64,000 nucleotides of DNA from Phoronis australis (Eukaryota > Animalia > Phoronida): contig NMRA01000192.1 in NCBI GenBank assembly GCA_002633005.1, positions 62,001-126,000 of the forward strand, given 5' to 3'. The notes under the pieces were generated by a model. That model did not search any database, had not been told where the DNA came from, and saw only the letters and a list, made by a program, of their open reading frames with translations. Shown here one piece after another: positions 47,251 to 59,800 of the stretch (position 1 is its first letter; every line of letters begins with the position of its first letter). The translations under genes were made by a program, and so were the position numbers.

Positions 47251-50200
47251 TAGTCTTATAAGGGCGTGGTTTACGTAATGATGGATTAAACCCACTTGAC
47301 ATGTTGCGGCATTTATTAAAACACCATCCTCAGATGCAAAACCAGTGGCCACCTTGCTAGGCCCAACATGTAATGATACACAGACACAGTCAGTTACAGG
47401 GTAGTTACTGTAAACTGCCAAGAAACATTGTTCCGCATATAAACATCGTTTGAACCTGACAATTGTTACGTCAAATGCAGATAAATTTTGATGTGATGAA
47501 TCGACTTGTGCATGCCTGAATAAATTGCTTTCAGTCTGTAGGTTGCAGTGTAAAATTAACGTGCTCTGTATTAGAAAGCTTAAACGTAAAAATGTTTTAA
47601 AGGTGGTGCTGTATGGGTCTTCAAGCGTAGATATTTCTGGTAAATGTGCGGCGTTGAGTTTTCACATTTTCTAGCTTTGTCTTTTTGTTATGTTGTAATA
47701 ATGTTTCTTAAAAAATGTCATTGTGAAGTCCGACAATATGTTATAGTTTTTATTGGATTATGTGAAATTTATACTCTAAATGTTTATAACTGATGAAGTT
47801 GGTTTGTTAATAATAAATATTTATTTCAATAATTTCACGTTGTCCTATTTATCATCTCTTTATCTTGCCATTAATATACAATAAATAACAAAATACAATG
47901 AACATGCTACTTAGTCCCTAATTCTTCCTATGATTCAAATACACCCAGACAGATTTGGTTGACTTTCAAAACCCCTTCCATATGAAGTGAAAAAACAGAA
48001 AAATTGTGACTGACCACGTCGGATGATAAGTAAGGGGTACCATCCTCTTGCCATCTAGCAGCCAAGTGACGTACATTAATGCATTTGCACACTGTACTCT
48101 TCCAAACTGAACCTTTTGGTAAAAAATTAAGTTGTAAAAGCGAACCCTTTGAAGGGAAATGATTGTGAAAACGCCACCAGCTCAGTGGCATGCCCAGTAT
48201 ACATCTTCTATGGGAGTGCCCCTAGTGCAAAACATTAACCTGAGAAAAACTGGAAATAACCAGACAGACTTGAAGATTTTTTAGTATTGATTAAACCTTA
48301 ACAATTCGAGGCTACATGATTCTAAATCTGGTTTGACAATCACTGTGTACTGGCAAGATTTTTCGTTACAATTAAACAGCATCAAAACACAGAGATTCTA
48401 TTTCTTTAGCCAATCGTGATGGATCCCTCTGCTACCAGAGGAAAACTTGTGTGCGGCTGAGGTTATTTCAAAAAAATACAAGATTTCGGTGGGGTAGAGG
48501 AGGCTTTGCCTCCTATTGAAAATTTGTAGCGAGACTACAGATATAGAATTGATTTTCCTGTCTTGGAATCAATTTGTTAAGACCAGTAAGTTACACACAG
48601 ACCCTTAAACCCAAATAGCTAAGCAGCACATCCACAAACAAACAAAACCAACCACGACATCAAATCAGTGTACACCTAGTCTATCCAACATTTACATCAT
48701 CTAAATAAATATTTAATGCCACAAAACACTTCGGTCAGTTCCTGGTGATTTTTGATGTAACTAATACAAACTTTTGAAGTGGAATGCTTACAGCTAGAAA
48801 CTAGAGATTTTGGGTATGACGAACTGATGTTTTTGTTTGGGACATAAAAGTGTGAACTTATTAATATGATTCTCAACCTCCAAAGATATTTTTCCAAAAT
48901 CCAATGTTTGAAATGAAATCTTAATTTTTCGTTATTATGCATAACATTTTTTGAAAGTAACATGCTATTTGCATGCCAAACATGCGCTTTGTTTGGGACA
49001 ACTTCCACTGATTTCAATTACATGACACAATTATCTTTATCATCAGCTATTTTCAAGGAGTTACTACAACATGACCATCAGTGCTTTGTGGCTTTAACTG
49101 TTTCTATCAAAGTGTGAAAAACAAGTCTGCAATTTGCACAAACCTTCCACAATTCACCTAATTTTATGACATTTGACCACTGAAATCCCTCCCTTAATGA
49201 ATATGTTAGTACAAGCAAGTCTACAAAGGTAACAAACAATAGTTCTGTATCGTTTAGCAGCTGCAAATTAAACAAAGTGGCTATAAACCTGCCTTTCATC
49301 TCAAAAATCAATTTTTAACTTCAGACCACTTTCCGTTATTAAATTGGTCTCAATTTGCTCTTTATATAATTGAAGGTAATGAAGGCCTTCAAAAGAACTG
49401 ACAGTGTTTGAGATCAGGCTCTGCAAGTTGGCTTGTGCATGTCATTTTATGTCTTGAGCACGGCCTCTAGGTATAAAGAATTCTCAGTTCTTTGCAAAAG
49501 CCAGAAATCATTCTTATCTGAATAAAGAACAGGTCAATTGGTTTAAACAAAAAGTTTGCTTCTTCAACAGAACAAGGATTCAGAGCTGCTTTAAATGCTA
49601 CAGACTTTATAAGTTATTCTCTTAGTTCACAGAAATTAACAAGCATTTTACCTCGCTTTACTGGAGTGAATGCATCCTACTTTCCAATATTTGTCCATTG
49701 TGACGAATGAAAGTCATGATTCTACTGAACAAAAGTCATGAGACAAATAAAGGCATGGGGTCAGCTAAAGCAGCCGAAAGTCACATCACCAATGGCACAG
49801 AGTTTAAAAGAGAAATATCTCTACCATTCAGATTTGGAATCTGATGTTAACAACTTGACTGCTGCTCTTTTTCCACTTTGGTTTGAAGCAGACAACTCGG
49901 CGTAACCAAACCCTCGGCGATAATTAAACATGTCTTGAGTTCTATTCACTAATTCTTCAGTTATAAGACCTGACCATTTCATTTTCACAACTGAACAGCT
50001 TTCTCAAAAAACTTTCAACACAACAAAAATGACCTACACTGTCTTATGAACAATGCACTCAACTAGAAAATATGGAAAAAAATAATTGCGTCTGTAATTA
50101 CGTGGAAGCTCTATATTGGTAGTTTTTTAGACACTTTTAATTGAGGTCTAAATTAGGGCTACTTCGAAAGGAAGTTAATCTCAACAAGGGTGCACCGTGT

Positions 50201-50321
50201 TCATTGTGAGCTGCGTTTGTTGACTTGCTTGTATCACAATCAGAAAATTGCTATTTCAGACAGATGCTATTACAGGTAAATGGCCTGACCCTACAAAATG
50301 ACCTGCCCAAGACTACAAAAG

Positions 50322-53300
50322 TCAGACTTCTATGTGAGGATCTATAGTCTTGTTGACCTTAGCCATGCGTGGCACATTTTTCAAGTTTGGTTTCTCTGTT
50401 CTGGTGTGCCATACGAGAATCTGAAAAGAAAACACCATTTACCATAAAATCATGACATCTGATAAGTAATGCAAACATTTTACATTTCTAATGGAGCAAT
50501 GGTTACACATTACTTTCCTAAAAGCTTGGTGTCATGTCTTCATGCTGTGAAGACCTATGCTCAGTGAGTAAAAGAAATCCAATACGTGGGACACTTGCCT
50601 CACCGCCTTGTGAGGGAAAATCCTCCAGCTTCATTTTGCCAAAAACGTGAGCTATGAGCTGAGGTCAGTTACATTTGAGGCCCCTAGAACTCCTACACTG
50701 GCCGTAGCCATGCAGTGTGCTGTAGTGGTAAAATTAGAGGTAAGTAGGTGCCAAAAGTACACCGTATCACCTTACGCACTGAACGTAACTTACGGTGTGT
50801 TGGCGCTACGTCCAAATGCCAAAAGGTGGTTGGCTGCACCTATGTGCACCTACGCCCCACTACAGCACTGTAGCCATGGTGATACACTTGTTCTCAAGAT
50901 TCATTAAACCACTGGTTCAACTTACAGTAGAACACGACTTGGGTTCCAGATCATCCAACGTTGTAACTTTTGAAAGAAAAGACGTTTCCTGGTATCCTCT
51001 CTGAACATAAACATCAAACTTTGCGCTGGGATGTTCAAACAACAATTGCACATTGACCGCAAACCCAGCCATGTCTAGCGCGAATGGTCTGTTGGGTTTC
51101 CAGTAGGTAAACCATCCCACCACCTGAAAAAAGACAATTTAAATCAAACTGATTAAAAACTCCTGAAAAAAGTATATGGCTTATCAACTGGAATGATCAT
51201 TTCAGAAAATTATTCAGAAAACTTTCACTTATGAGTTGGAAACTAATGAACTGGAGAATTGCCATTAATGTTCTCCAATGACATGGAGACTGATCATCAG
51301 TGAAAATCTGTAGTGGTTGACATCTCTGTATAATGTTCGTTTTCTCAATTTCTTGGAAATTAGAAACAAAAAATGAAAAGCACACTCGTCTGAGTACCAC
51401 AAACATTCAGTTGTTAAAAGAAGTTTCAACATTTTCACTTTTAAATACTTGTCCACCCACATTTTATACATTCAAATTTTGCCCATGTTCCTAATATGAA
51501 CATACATCTACTGGAATTTCAAGAAAAAATTCACATGATTTGTTTACCTGTGACTAACAAATAGTGCATATTCTATATTCAGGCCATGTTTTGTTTGGCT
51601 CATGTGGAGTAGCCATGCACCAGTATAGGCCCTAACATAAATTAAATTAACCTCCACTCTAACTTGTCCCCCCACCCCCGATTTCTTTTCATGCTAGACT
51701 TTACGCCCACACCCGAATTTTTCAGTTTTCCAATTTAAATGCCAAGGGCGTTAACCTGGACATAAACGCTAGGCACACACACACGCACGCAAACACACAC
51801 ACACATACACAACCACATGCACATGCAGACACACAATGAACATACCCTGTCATGACGACAAATTGGAGCTTCATACGGTAAGCCTCCTACCAGACCAACA
51901 GGCCACACAGATACTGTCTGTGTAGATCGCATCTAAAATAAGGCAATTAAAATTATTGCGTTCATAATTCACAGCAAAGTACAGCAACAAGGTGAAACTA
52001 AAAAAACGTTCGACCACTCAAATCAGAGAAAAACACCTGAATTTATAAACCCAGAAACTTGCCAGTGAAGCAATAAAATGAATTTTGGCCCATAAATTGA
52101 TCCTGTAAAATTAGGAAATTGTGTATTATCAACCTCTGAATGAGTAACTTTTCAACACATTACTGTAGTGCCTAAAAACTCCAACTCTGGAACATGTATA
52201 TTTTGGTCAGCATTCGACACAATTGCTGCACCCAGTCTTGCTTATGTCTACTTCAAAACAAAGACACTACTTGATCAACATCGTACCACATGTATTCTTA
52301 GAACAATATTTGTGTCCTCCTTTAAAGGTCACTAATAGAGTCCTTCCGTATAGCTTTGCATGCGAGGTCAAATCACATGATAAGCTTCACAAGTCATAGT
52401 CATATTCTCGATTTCAACTGTACGAAAGTGCCAAAATTTAAAAGATATTTCCAAGAACGGAGATTCTGTTGGGTTCAAAACAAACTTAACAAACTTGATT
52501 TGTCCAATTGCTCCGCATTTCCTTAGCATCACGCACCCACACATATTTGCTATGAAGTTTATCCAACTTTCTCCTGTCACAGTTGCAGCCCAGAGCACAG
52601 CAATAATACTTCATTGGTATTTGGAAAGACGAATAGACTAATGCAGCCGAGAAAAAGCTTAAAAGCTTGTACAGAAATACGGCAACAACAAAGAACATGT
52701 GGAACTTCAATGACGTGAAAACGAGACTACAAAAGCGCTTGATGGATATTGTGACACTGTGGGTAAATACTGAGATTTGAGTGTTACAGTGTAATCCTGG
52801 ACAGTCTCACTGAATACACTTCTACACTTGCCACAATCGTAGCTTCACATGTATTTGTATGTCACTAAATATGGCCATGGTGGTCATAAATAAATGGTGA
52901 ATTTTGAGTTCCAGTGCAAGACCCTCAATCCCTCGATTTGGGGGCCGAATATTGGCCTTATACCCACCTGAAAAATATTGAAAAATCACGCGAAATTTCC
53001 CTCCCGACGGCCAAAAATTCCCCTCAATTAATTGAAAAATTGCCCTCGAGGTTCAAGTCACTTGTAACCCACTCAAGATGTTATTTTTAGCTACTTGAGG
53101 CAGAGCCTATGAGAACTTGCAATAGGGTGGGGTGTGCTACTGATGGTGATCGGGAGGTAGAATTTCCCTCTCACCTGAAAAATTCCCCTCTCAGAATGCA
53201 CAGGCACATTTCCTCTGGGATGAATGAAAGTCTTGCAATGTGTCTCCCACTCACAACTCCCCAAAACAACAACACCAGTCATTCCTTAAACATTAGTAAC

Positions 53301-56300
53301 TGTGTGTAATACAATTGTCTTAAATAATAACCGTACATGCTCAAATAGACGCAGGTCATAAGTGTTGTCATCGTCGGCAAAATACAACACTCCTTTCTGT
53401 GTTGTGGGATCAAAATGATCACGAATCCAACTCAGAGCTAAATTTCTTTGAAGTGTTCCACGTGGCTTTAACCAATTCGGATCCGTCTGTGTCATTTTAA
53501 CATCTGGAGGAGTCTGAACGTTTAAATGCGTATAAACAAGACCACTTTTTTTTAAGAATGTAGCCACAAGACCGGTCTTTGATGAAGCGTCTTCAACCAC
53601 AATCCAGTGTAACCGTTTCACATGAAGAAACGTTTGTGAAATCCTGGTCAGTTCAGCTTTCTGTACAGGTCTAGTGTGAGTAGGGGTTATGCAAAATATG
53701 ACTGGTGATTTGGCATCGGTGGCAAGTGGTAATAATCTTTCTTTCCTGAGAATGTTAAGCTCTCGGTGGCGAAGATCTGCCTCTTTCCGTTCAAGCGCTT
53801 GTTGCCACTCTTGCAAGCTGTTTTGATTAAACTGCATTTCTTGTCTGAGGTCAAGATATTTGAGTTCCTCATCTGAAGATGTTGTGCTGTCAAATAGTCC
53901 TACAACATTCAAATAAATTATATATCAGACCATGACTAAGCAATTTCCTGTGCAACAAAAAATAGAAATTGTTACCGTGGTAACCTTTTATTGAAGCAGC
54001 TATAAACCATGACAAAAACAAACTTTTTTCCCAAAACAAAGTTATTGCCTTCTTATTGCATGTCAGAATTGAAATTGGTTACTAACAGTAATTCACCTAG
54101 ACAAGTCACTATCTAGAACTTTCGATGTCTTTTCTGAAACGGTCATACCATCAAAAGAAACTTAACGAGTCTGGTAAGAAATAAGATATGGAACCATTTT
54201 AAATGATAAGTGAATGGTAATGGTCGAAATTAAAAGACAGCACTACAAACGGTGTAGTGAAAATGGCAAATGTAAAGATACACTACATGGATATTAAACT
54301 AAATATATCCAGAACTAGGGTGAGCAAACCAATATGGCGGAAATTCAGCAAGAGCGAAATTTTGCCATTTTTCATGATTTTCACAAGCTCATATCTATTA
54401 GCATACTAAGTGGTGGAAAAAGAAAAGTATGGCAATGAAATATTTAATTTTTCTTCTTTCTATTGATATCTATTACAAAAAATTTGGGCATTAATGAGTA
54501 TTTTTAAAAATTGAAGTAAAGCGAGCACTTCACAAATTTTTCACTCACCGGTAAATTCTTGTGACTTTCAGTAGGGGTCAAACTTTCAGCTGTTAAATGG
54601 CCATTACTGAACCGATTTTAATGATATTTATATCAAACTGTTTGCTACAAAATTCTGCTTTCAATCCTGAGTGTACACTTTTTATTTTTTTGACAAAAAT
54701 ATGAGAAAAAGTACTTTTTTTAATTTACGGCCTCGCCACTCTCTCACCTAGAAAAATCCTGAAAGTGTACACTCAATGTCATAATCACTTATCATGCCCT
54801 AATCCATTCCTGATCAAATTTTTTCACTTTATCTCACCATTTCCATTTAGGAACACTTCTAAACAGGTAACTTCAGTCATTTTTCAAGAACCATGTTGAC
54901 CTTTCCAGGGTTCAAACTAAACTCGAACCTGATTGGTCAAATGTATTCCACAGAGCCAGTCAAAACTTCTCTAAATTACAAAACGTGGTCCAAACCTGGT
55001 AAAACATTGTCATTAAAATAATATAGAATACTTTTAAAATTTAATTTACTTCAATTTTGGGAATAGAGTCATTTTTTTCTATTTTCTTCAAAAATATTTT
55101 TTGTTACACTTTTACTACCTCGTGGGGGCGCTGTGATCAGTTTCATTTTTAGAAAATTACATATTTCACCAAAATAAATGTTCAGTCAATGCTGCAGTGC
55201 ATCAAAACAGTTTAGAATACAAATATGCTCTTTTTGGATAGTCACCAACACAACACCTCTCAGTTTCTATATTATTTGATAGGAATGAAATTGATTTAAA
55301 ATTCGTTGAAATTTTAGGGTCCAATTTAATTTTGTTTAATTAAAAATGCATATTACCATTTTTTGTCATTTGGTGTGCAACTTAAGATTGTGAAAACATT
55401 GCTCTTACTTGGGAAAAAAGATTAATTTGTATAACCTCACTGGTTCTTAAGTAAATAACAAAATACTCTGAAAAAGACTAGTTTTCTGGTTTTTGCTCAT
55501 TTTGAATTCATTTGTTATGCAAATTTCATTTTTTAGAATTATTTCAAAATCTTTTGGAGTAAAACAAACATGTTCACTAAGCAATAATAATTCTTGAAGT
55601 GTTTTGTCATTTTCAAGGTAATAAGTTGCTCTCTTTTTAAAACATCACTTGTTAAACTTGGCTTCAGGGGCAAAAATGTCCTGTCACAAGCCGAAAAAAA
55701 ACTAAGTCGATGGTGAATTTTTCAATTTTTGTTGTTCTAGTTCGTGCAACATATAATAATTTGTGGTTTGATGTTGATGCCATGTTGTTAACCTACTTGC
55801 AAAGGACTCTGCATCTCGTTTTAAGAACACTGTGAGCTATTGGATTCCCAAATATAGTTGTCTAAACTTGCCATTTTCTGTGGCCTGAAATTTCCGGGTG
55901 CCGTTTGCTGAAAAAAAGGCCATTTTTGAGGCTCTAAAATTCAAATAACTCGAGAACCGCTGAACCGATTTGAAAAATTCAAAAAGTTGTATAAACGGCA
56001 TGTCTAAAGCTATTATTTAACACTCTTTTCAAGTGTTTCTAATGAAATTTGTATTTGGGTTTGCTCACCCTACCAGAACAAAACTGAGCAGTTATCTATG
56101 TTTGCACTATGTAAAAAAGTAAAAAAATGAGATAATGATTCATTGTATAGCCCATACTGGATGCTCAGTGACATATGCAGATCAAATTTGACCAAATATT
56201 CAATGAAATCCACAACGTTTGGAGTAGCTCCACGAGATAACAAAAAGGCAAAGCCATAATGGCATAATGCCTTAATGGCCATGTGGCACAGAAAGGTTTT

Positions 56301-56429
56301 TTCCCACGAAAGAAAACCAAGAAGAGGCCGGCAGACAGACTAACCGTGTTTAACTGCAAGTGTGACAATTATGACCACTGTTAAGATTCCAAACAATACC
56401 ACACGACTTCGAAGTCGCACTGCTGGCAT
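50322..56429 (-). CDS. B3GAT3: Galactosylgalactosylxylosylprotein 3-beta-glucuronosyltransferase (GlcAT-I-like, GT43); 343 aa type II membrane protein
   Basis: Exons 56429-56345 (MPAVRLRSRVVLFGILTVVIIVTLAVKHG, TM anchor), 53899-53337 (ITPTHTRPVQKAELTR, HWIVVED, QRNLAL, YFADDDNTY), 51932-51846 (VSVWPVGLVGG), 51123-50926 (RPFALDMAGFAVN, GYQET), 50420-50322 (LVWHTRTEKP...DPHIEV*). Phase-consistent, 1032 nt. Orthology among B3GAT1/2/3 is inferred. Confidence 0.9.
50713..50870. mobile_element. 158-bp hAT MITE with perfect 8-bp TSD in the last B3GAT3 intron
   Basis: TSD tagccatg at 50705-50712 and 50871-50878; TIR cagtg(tg)ctgtagtgg / ccactacagcactg. Confidence 0.88.
51773..51835. repeat. Imperfect (CA)n microsatellite next to a B3GAT3 splice donor
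   Basis: gcacacacacacgcacgcaaacacacacacacatacac... Confidence 0.85.
52912..53240. mobile_element. Degenerate hAT-like MITE with reiterated aatt(t/c)ccctc motifs
   Basis: cagtgcaagac ... gtcttgcaatg imperfect TIR; no TSD found. Confidence 0.45.
54316..56072. mobile_element. 1757-bp non-autonomous hAT-superfamily element with 7-bp TSD (hATw-like) in B3GAT3 intron
   Basis: Perfect 15-bp TIR tagggtgagcaaacc / ggtttgctcacccta; flanking direct repeat ccagaac at 54309-54315 and 56073-56079; no long ORF. Confidence 0.88.
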
Positions 56430-56832
56430 ACTGGAGTAATCTAGTCATCAGAATGTCTTTATTTCTTCATTCTTTGTCATCTAAGGACTGATGCGGAAAA
56501 CCCGTGTTTACATTTTTTCTTCCTCCAGTCAAGGAGAGGTGCTTTTTCATAAATAAACAAAACGTTTCTACATTTGATACTTTTTATTCTTATTATTGTC
56601 AATTTTAAGTTTATAATATTAAACAACGCACTTTTATATTGTATGAAAATAATTTTTAATGATAATTTTATCAAAATTAATAATTGAATTTGAAAATAAA
56701 TTTCATTCATAAACCAAGTTAGTAAGTGTTTATGTAAATGTACCCAAAAAACAAATATTGCCGACTGTGGTATGTGAGGATCGTGTGAACTTCGGAAGTA
56801 CATCTCGCTGTTGTAGTTAAGATTTGCCTATT
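56430..56832. promoter_or_regulatory. Bidirectional promoter/5' leaders shared by B3GAT3 and ATXN3, with an ETS-like palindrome ACTTCGGAAGT (56789-56799)
   Basis: Divergent start codons are only 403 bp apart and a CGGAAGT ETS core is present. TSS positions are inferred. Confidence 0.65.
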
Positions 56833-59800
56833 ATGGATTCGATTCTACATGAAAAGGTGTGAAAACTTAAGACATTGATTAGCTATTCTTTTAATTTAAA
56901 GCAAACATTTGTCTTGTCACAATCTGACACAATCTGTCTCTCACTAATCACTGGGACTGGTTCCACGAAAACTGACTTAGCTAACACAAATCTTAAACTT
57001 GAGTTAGTTTTAAGTTAAAACTTTTATTTGTCTTAAATCTGTTCCAAGAAAGTGATCTTAAGTTTGACTTAAGTTATGTGTTGAGTTTTACTAACTTGAC
57101 GAATGTGGAAGTTTCAAACTTTTAAGTCGAGACAAATCTTAGACTGGTCAACTGGCCACAGTAGAGATGTTGACCATCCCTGCATAGGCCCTCCATACGC
57201 TGGAAAGCACTGATTAAACCATCAAAATCATGTTGCTCTAAGTACCCTTTGCACATATAGAGGGAGACCTTAGGAGGCCGTTGATGTCTGTAATTTCTCA
57301 TGTGGAAAATTTCTCGCTCACACTGGTCACCGCTCTGATTCCCTAAGGGCCAGACAACTTTTATGACCAATTTGATTATATACCGATTGCCCTTTGTATT
57401 GATGTAGATCTGAGCTAATGAAGTGGAAAGGTAATAGCTAGCACTACTGTCTTAATAATGGTGATGGTTATTACATCCAAATTGTTTTTCTCTGGCATTT
57501 GTACAGAGTTAAAGCCTGCAATGTGGAGAGCAGTTTTAACTTGGTACATTTTAAATATTACAAAAAGACTAAAAAGCTAATTTGCGTTGATCTTGACAAA
57601 CTGCCAATTCCCAAAAGAACGTTGGTTTTAAATAGGTTTCATATCTGTTATCATTACTTTATTTTAATACTCCTGTCTACTTGTTTTTTTTCTTACCGGT
57701 TAGGGTTGCTATCTTTTTATTTTGTGTTCAAACAAAGTATCAAAATAACTTAGGAGTCAGTTAACTGTGAACTCATCTCTAAATTTTATAGATTATAGCT
57801 ACACCAAACGTGTCACAGCAAACAAAACTACACATGCCATTAGTTCAATTTCAATTTTTAATAGAACTCAAATCATAAAATAATACAGAAGTGCAGATAT
57901 GGTGATAGCCAAACTGAAGATTTGGAGCCTCTGGACAATTTTGGTTGCAGTAACTACATAACTGTTCTAACTTTTCCTTAGTCATAAAAAATGAAATCAT
58001 AGCTCTTGCCCATTGACCAACCTCATCCACTGCTTGCACTCTCTCGTTGACTAAAAAGCTTGCCATCTTAGCTGTCTTCGCAGGTGTTCCATTGCAACTA
58101 CAAGCTAACTATCGAAATTGATGCATTTCCGCAAATAGCAGTTTTCGGGTTAGTGTACTACTCCTGGAGTAAAGTAGTTCAGCATGCACTGGGCCGTAAG
58201 CAATGTTTTAAAAGTTACTGACATCTAATTTAGTCACTGTGTGTTGTTTATAGTTGTTTCAATGTAGCTTAGTTGTATATTAAAAGAATAATCCACTTGA
58301 TATTGTTAACTCTGATCAGTGTTTGTAAATTGCCGTGTACATCAATACGCACAGTCGTTTTTCTTCAATGGTACCCAATGTTTGTAGTTTTTAGCTTAAT
58401 AGTTCATCAATTTTTAAACATCGAAAACCAAATTTGGTTGTTTTTTCTATCTAAATACAGCTGTGGTATTTGTTTTTACCGAAAACTGTTAATGCATTTT
58501 GAAAATTTGCCAGTATGTACAGGCAGAGATGTTCACTACAGTTTATGGTCAGGTAATTACACTTAATTGAGTCTTGTGCGAACCGGACAATACGGTCATC
58601 GCAAATGAGTCCGACTCTGGTGGTGTGCTCAGAAGGACGAGCTGTGAAAAGTCATGCATAACTTTAGAAATGCGTGACTTTCGTGTAAACGTATTATTCA
58701 CGGCATGTTCCAACTCGAACAAATACTCCCGTAATCAAAGTTTTTTCGAACAGTGCTTCGTTCAGTTGCCCAAATCGGCAACCGGCCATTTTGACACTAC
58801 TCATGCCAGGAGATATGACGTCATGTACCTTTTCCTTGCTGGCAACATAAATAGCTTACTTGTACTTCGTTACAGCAAGAAGGTTCTCTTTGTGCCCAGC
58901 ACTGCCTCAACGTGTTACTACAGGGTGCCTACTTCACAGCTATAGACCTGGCTGATATAGCACGACAACTGGATGAGTCAGAGAGACTAAGAATGGCCGA
59001 GGGTGGTGTGATGACTGACAGTTATCAACGTTTCATGAAGGTTGTCAACAATACTTTGGCACTCATAACCTATGTTCTGAAACTTGTCCTGTGTTCATTA
59101 GTGCTGATCTATTAGAGTTGTCTTATGTAGAATTTGAGTGATAAGATTCTTCAACTCTCATAAACTCCATTCATTGTGTTTTCAACAATCACATTGTGTT
59201 ACAGTTGATTTCAATAAAAGTTCTGCAGTGGATGGGAAAAATGTTATTCAAGTTGATTTCTTGTTAATTATTTAGATGTAAGTGAACAGAGCAGAAAGGC
59301 TTCTCTGGATGATCACTGTTCTGTGTAATGTTACATTCACTTGTGTATAGTGCTACTTTCACTTGTGTGTAGCGCTACTTGCACTTGTGTGTAGTGCTAC
59401 ATTCACTTGTGTGTAGTGCTACTTTCACTTGTGTGTAGTGCTACTTTCACTTGTGTGTAGCGCTACTTGCACTTGTGTGTAGAGCTACATTCACTTGTGT
59501 GTAGTGCTACTTTCACTTGTGTGTAGTGCTACTTTCACTTGTTTGTCACACAGTAATGGTGAGTAGTGTTCCTTGTTAATACATAAAGTGTTTCAGATTG
59601 TCTCAACAAGAAGAAGGAAATAACGATTACTTTCCAGGATAGTTTTCGTTTAAGGACAGTGCTGTTATTTGGAGACACTTTTGTTTGGCTAAAAAATCTA
59701 AGTAGTTGAAGAATTTTGCTCTGAAAAACGTTATTTGTTGTTAATACTTTTGGAAAATGAAAGTAGTTCACTTTGTTAGGAAAACTGCAAAATTTCGCAC

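Noticed and set aside
56440-56455. Tandem in-frame TGA TGA as selenocysteine or readthrough extending the B3GAT3 N-terminus
   Set aside because: No SECIS was recognised, and the downstream ATG already yields a normal short cytoplasmic tail plus TM anchor.
59336-59542. Possible CRISPR array
   Set aside because: Spacer-less tandem minisatellite.
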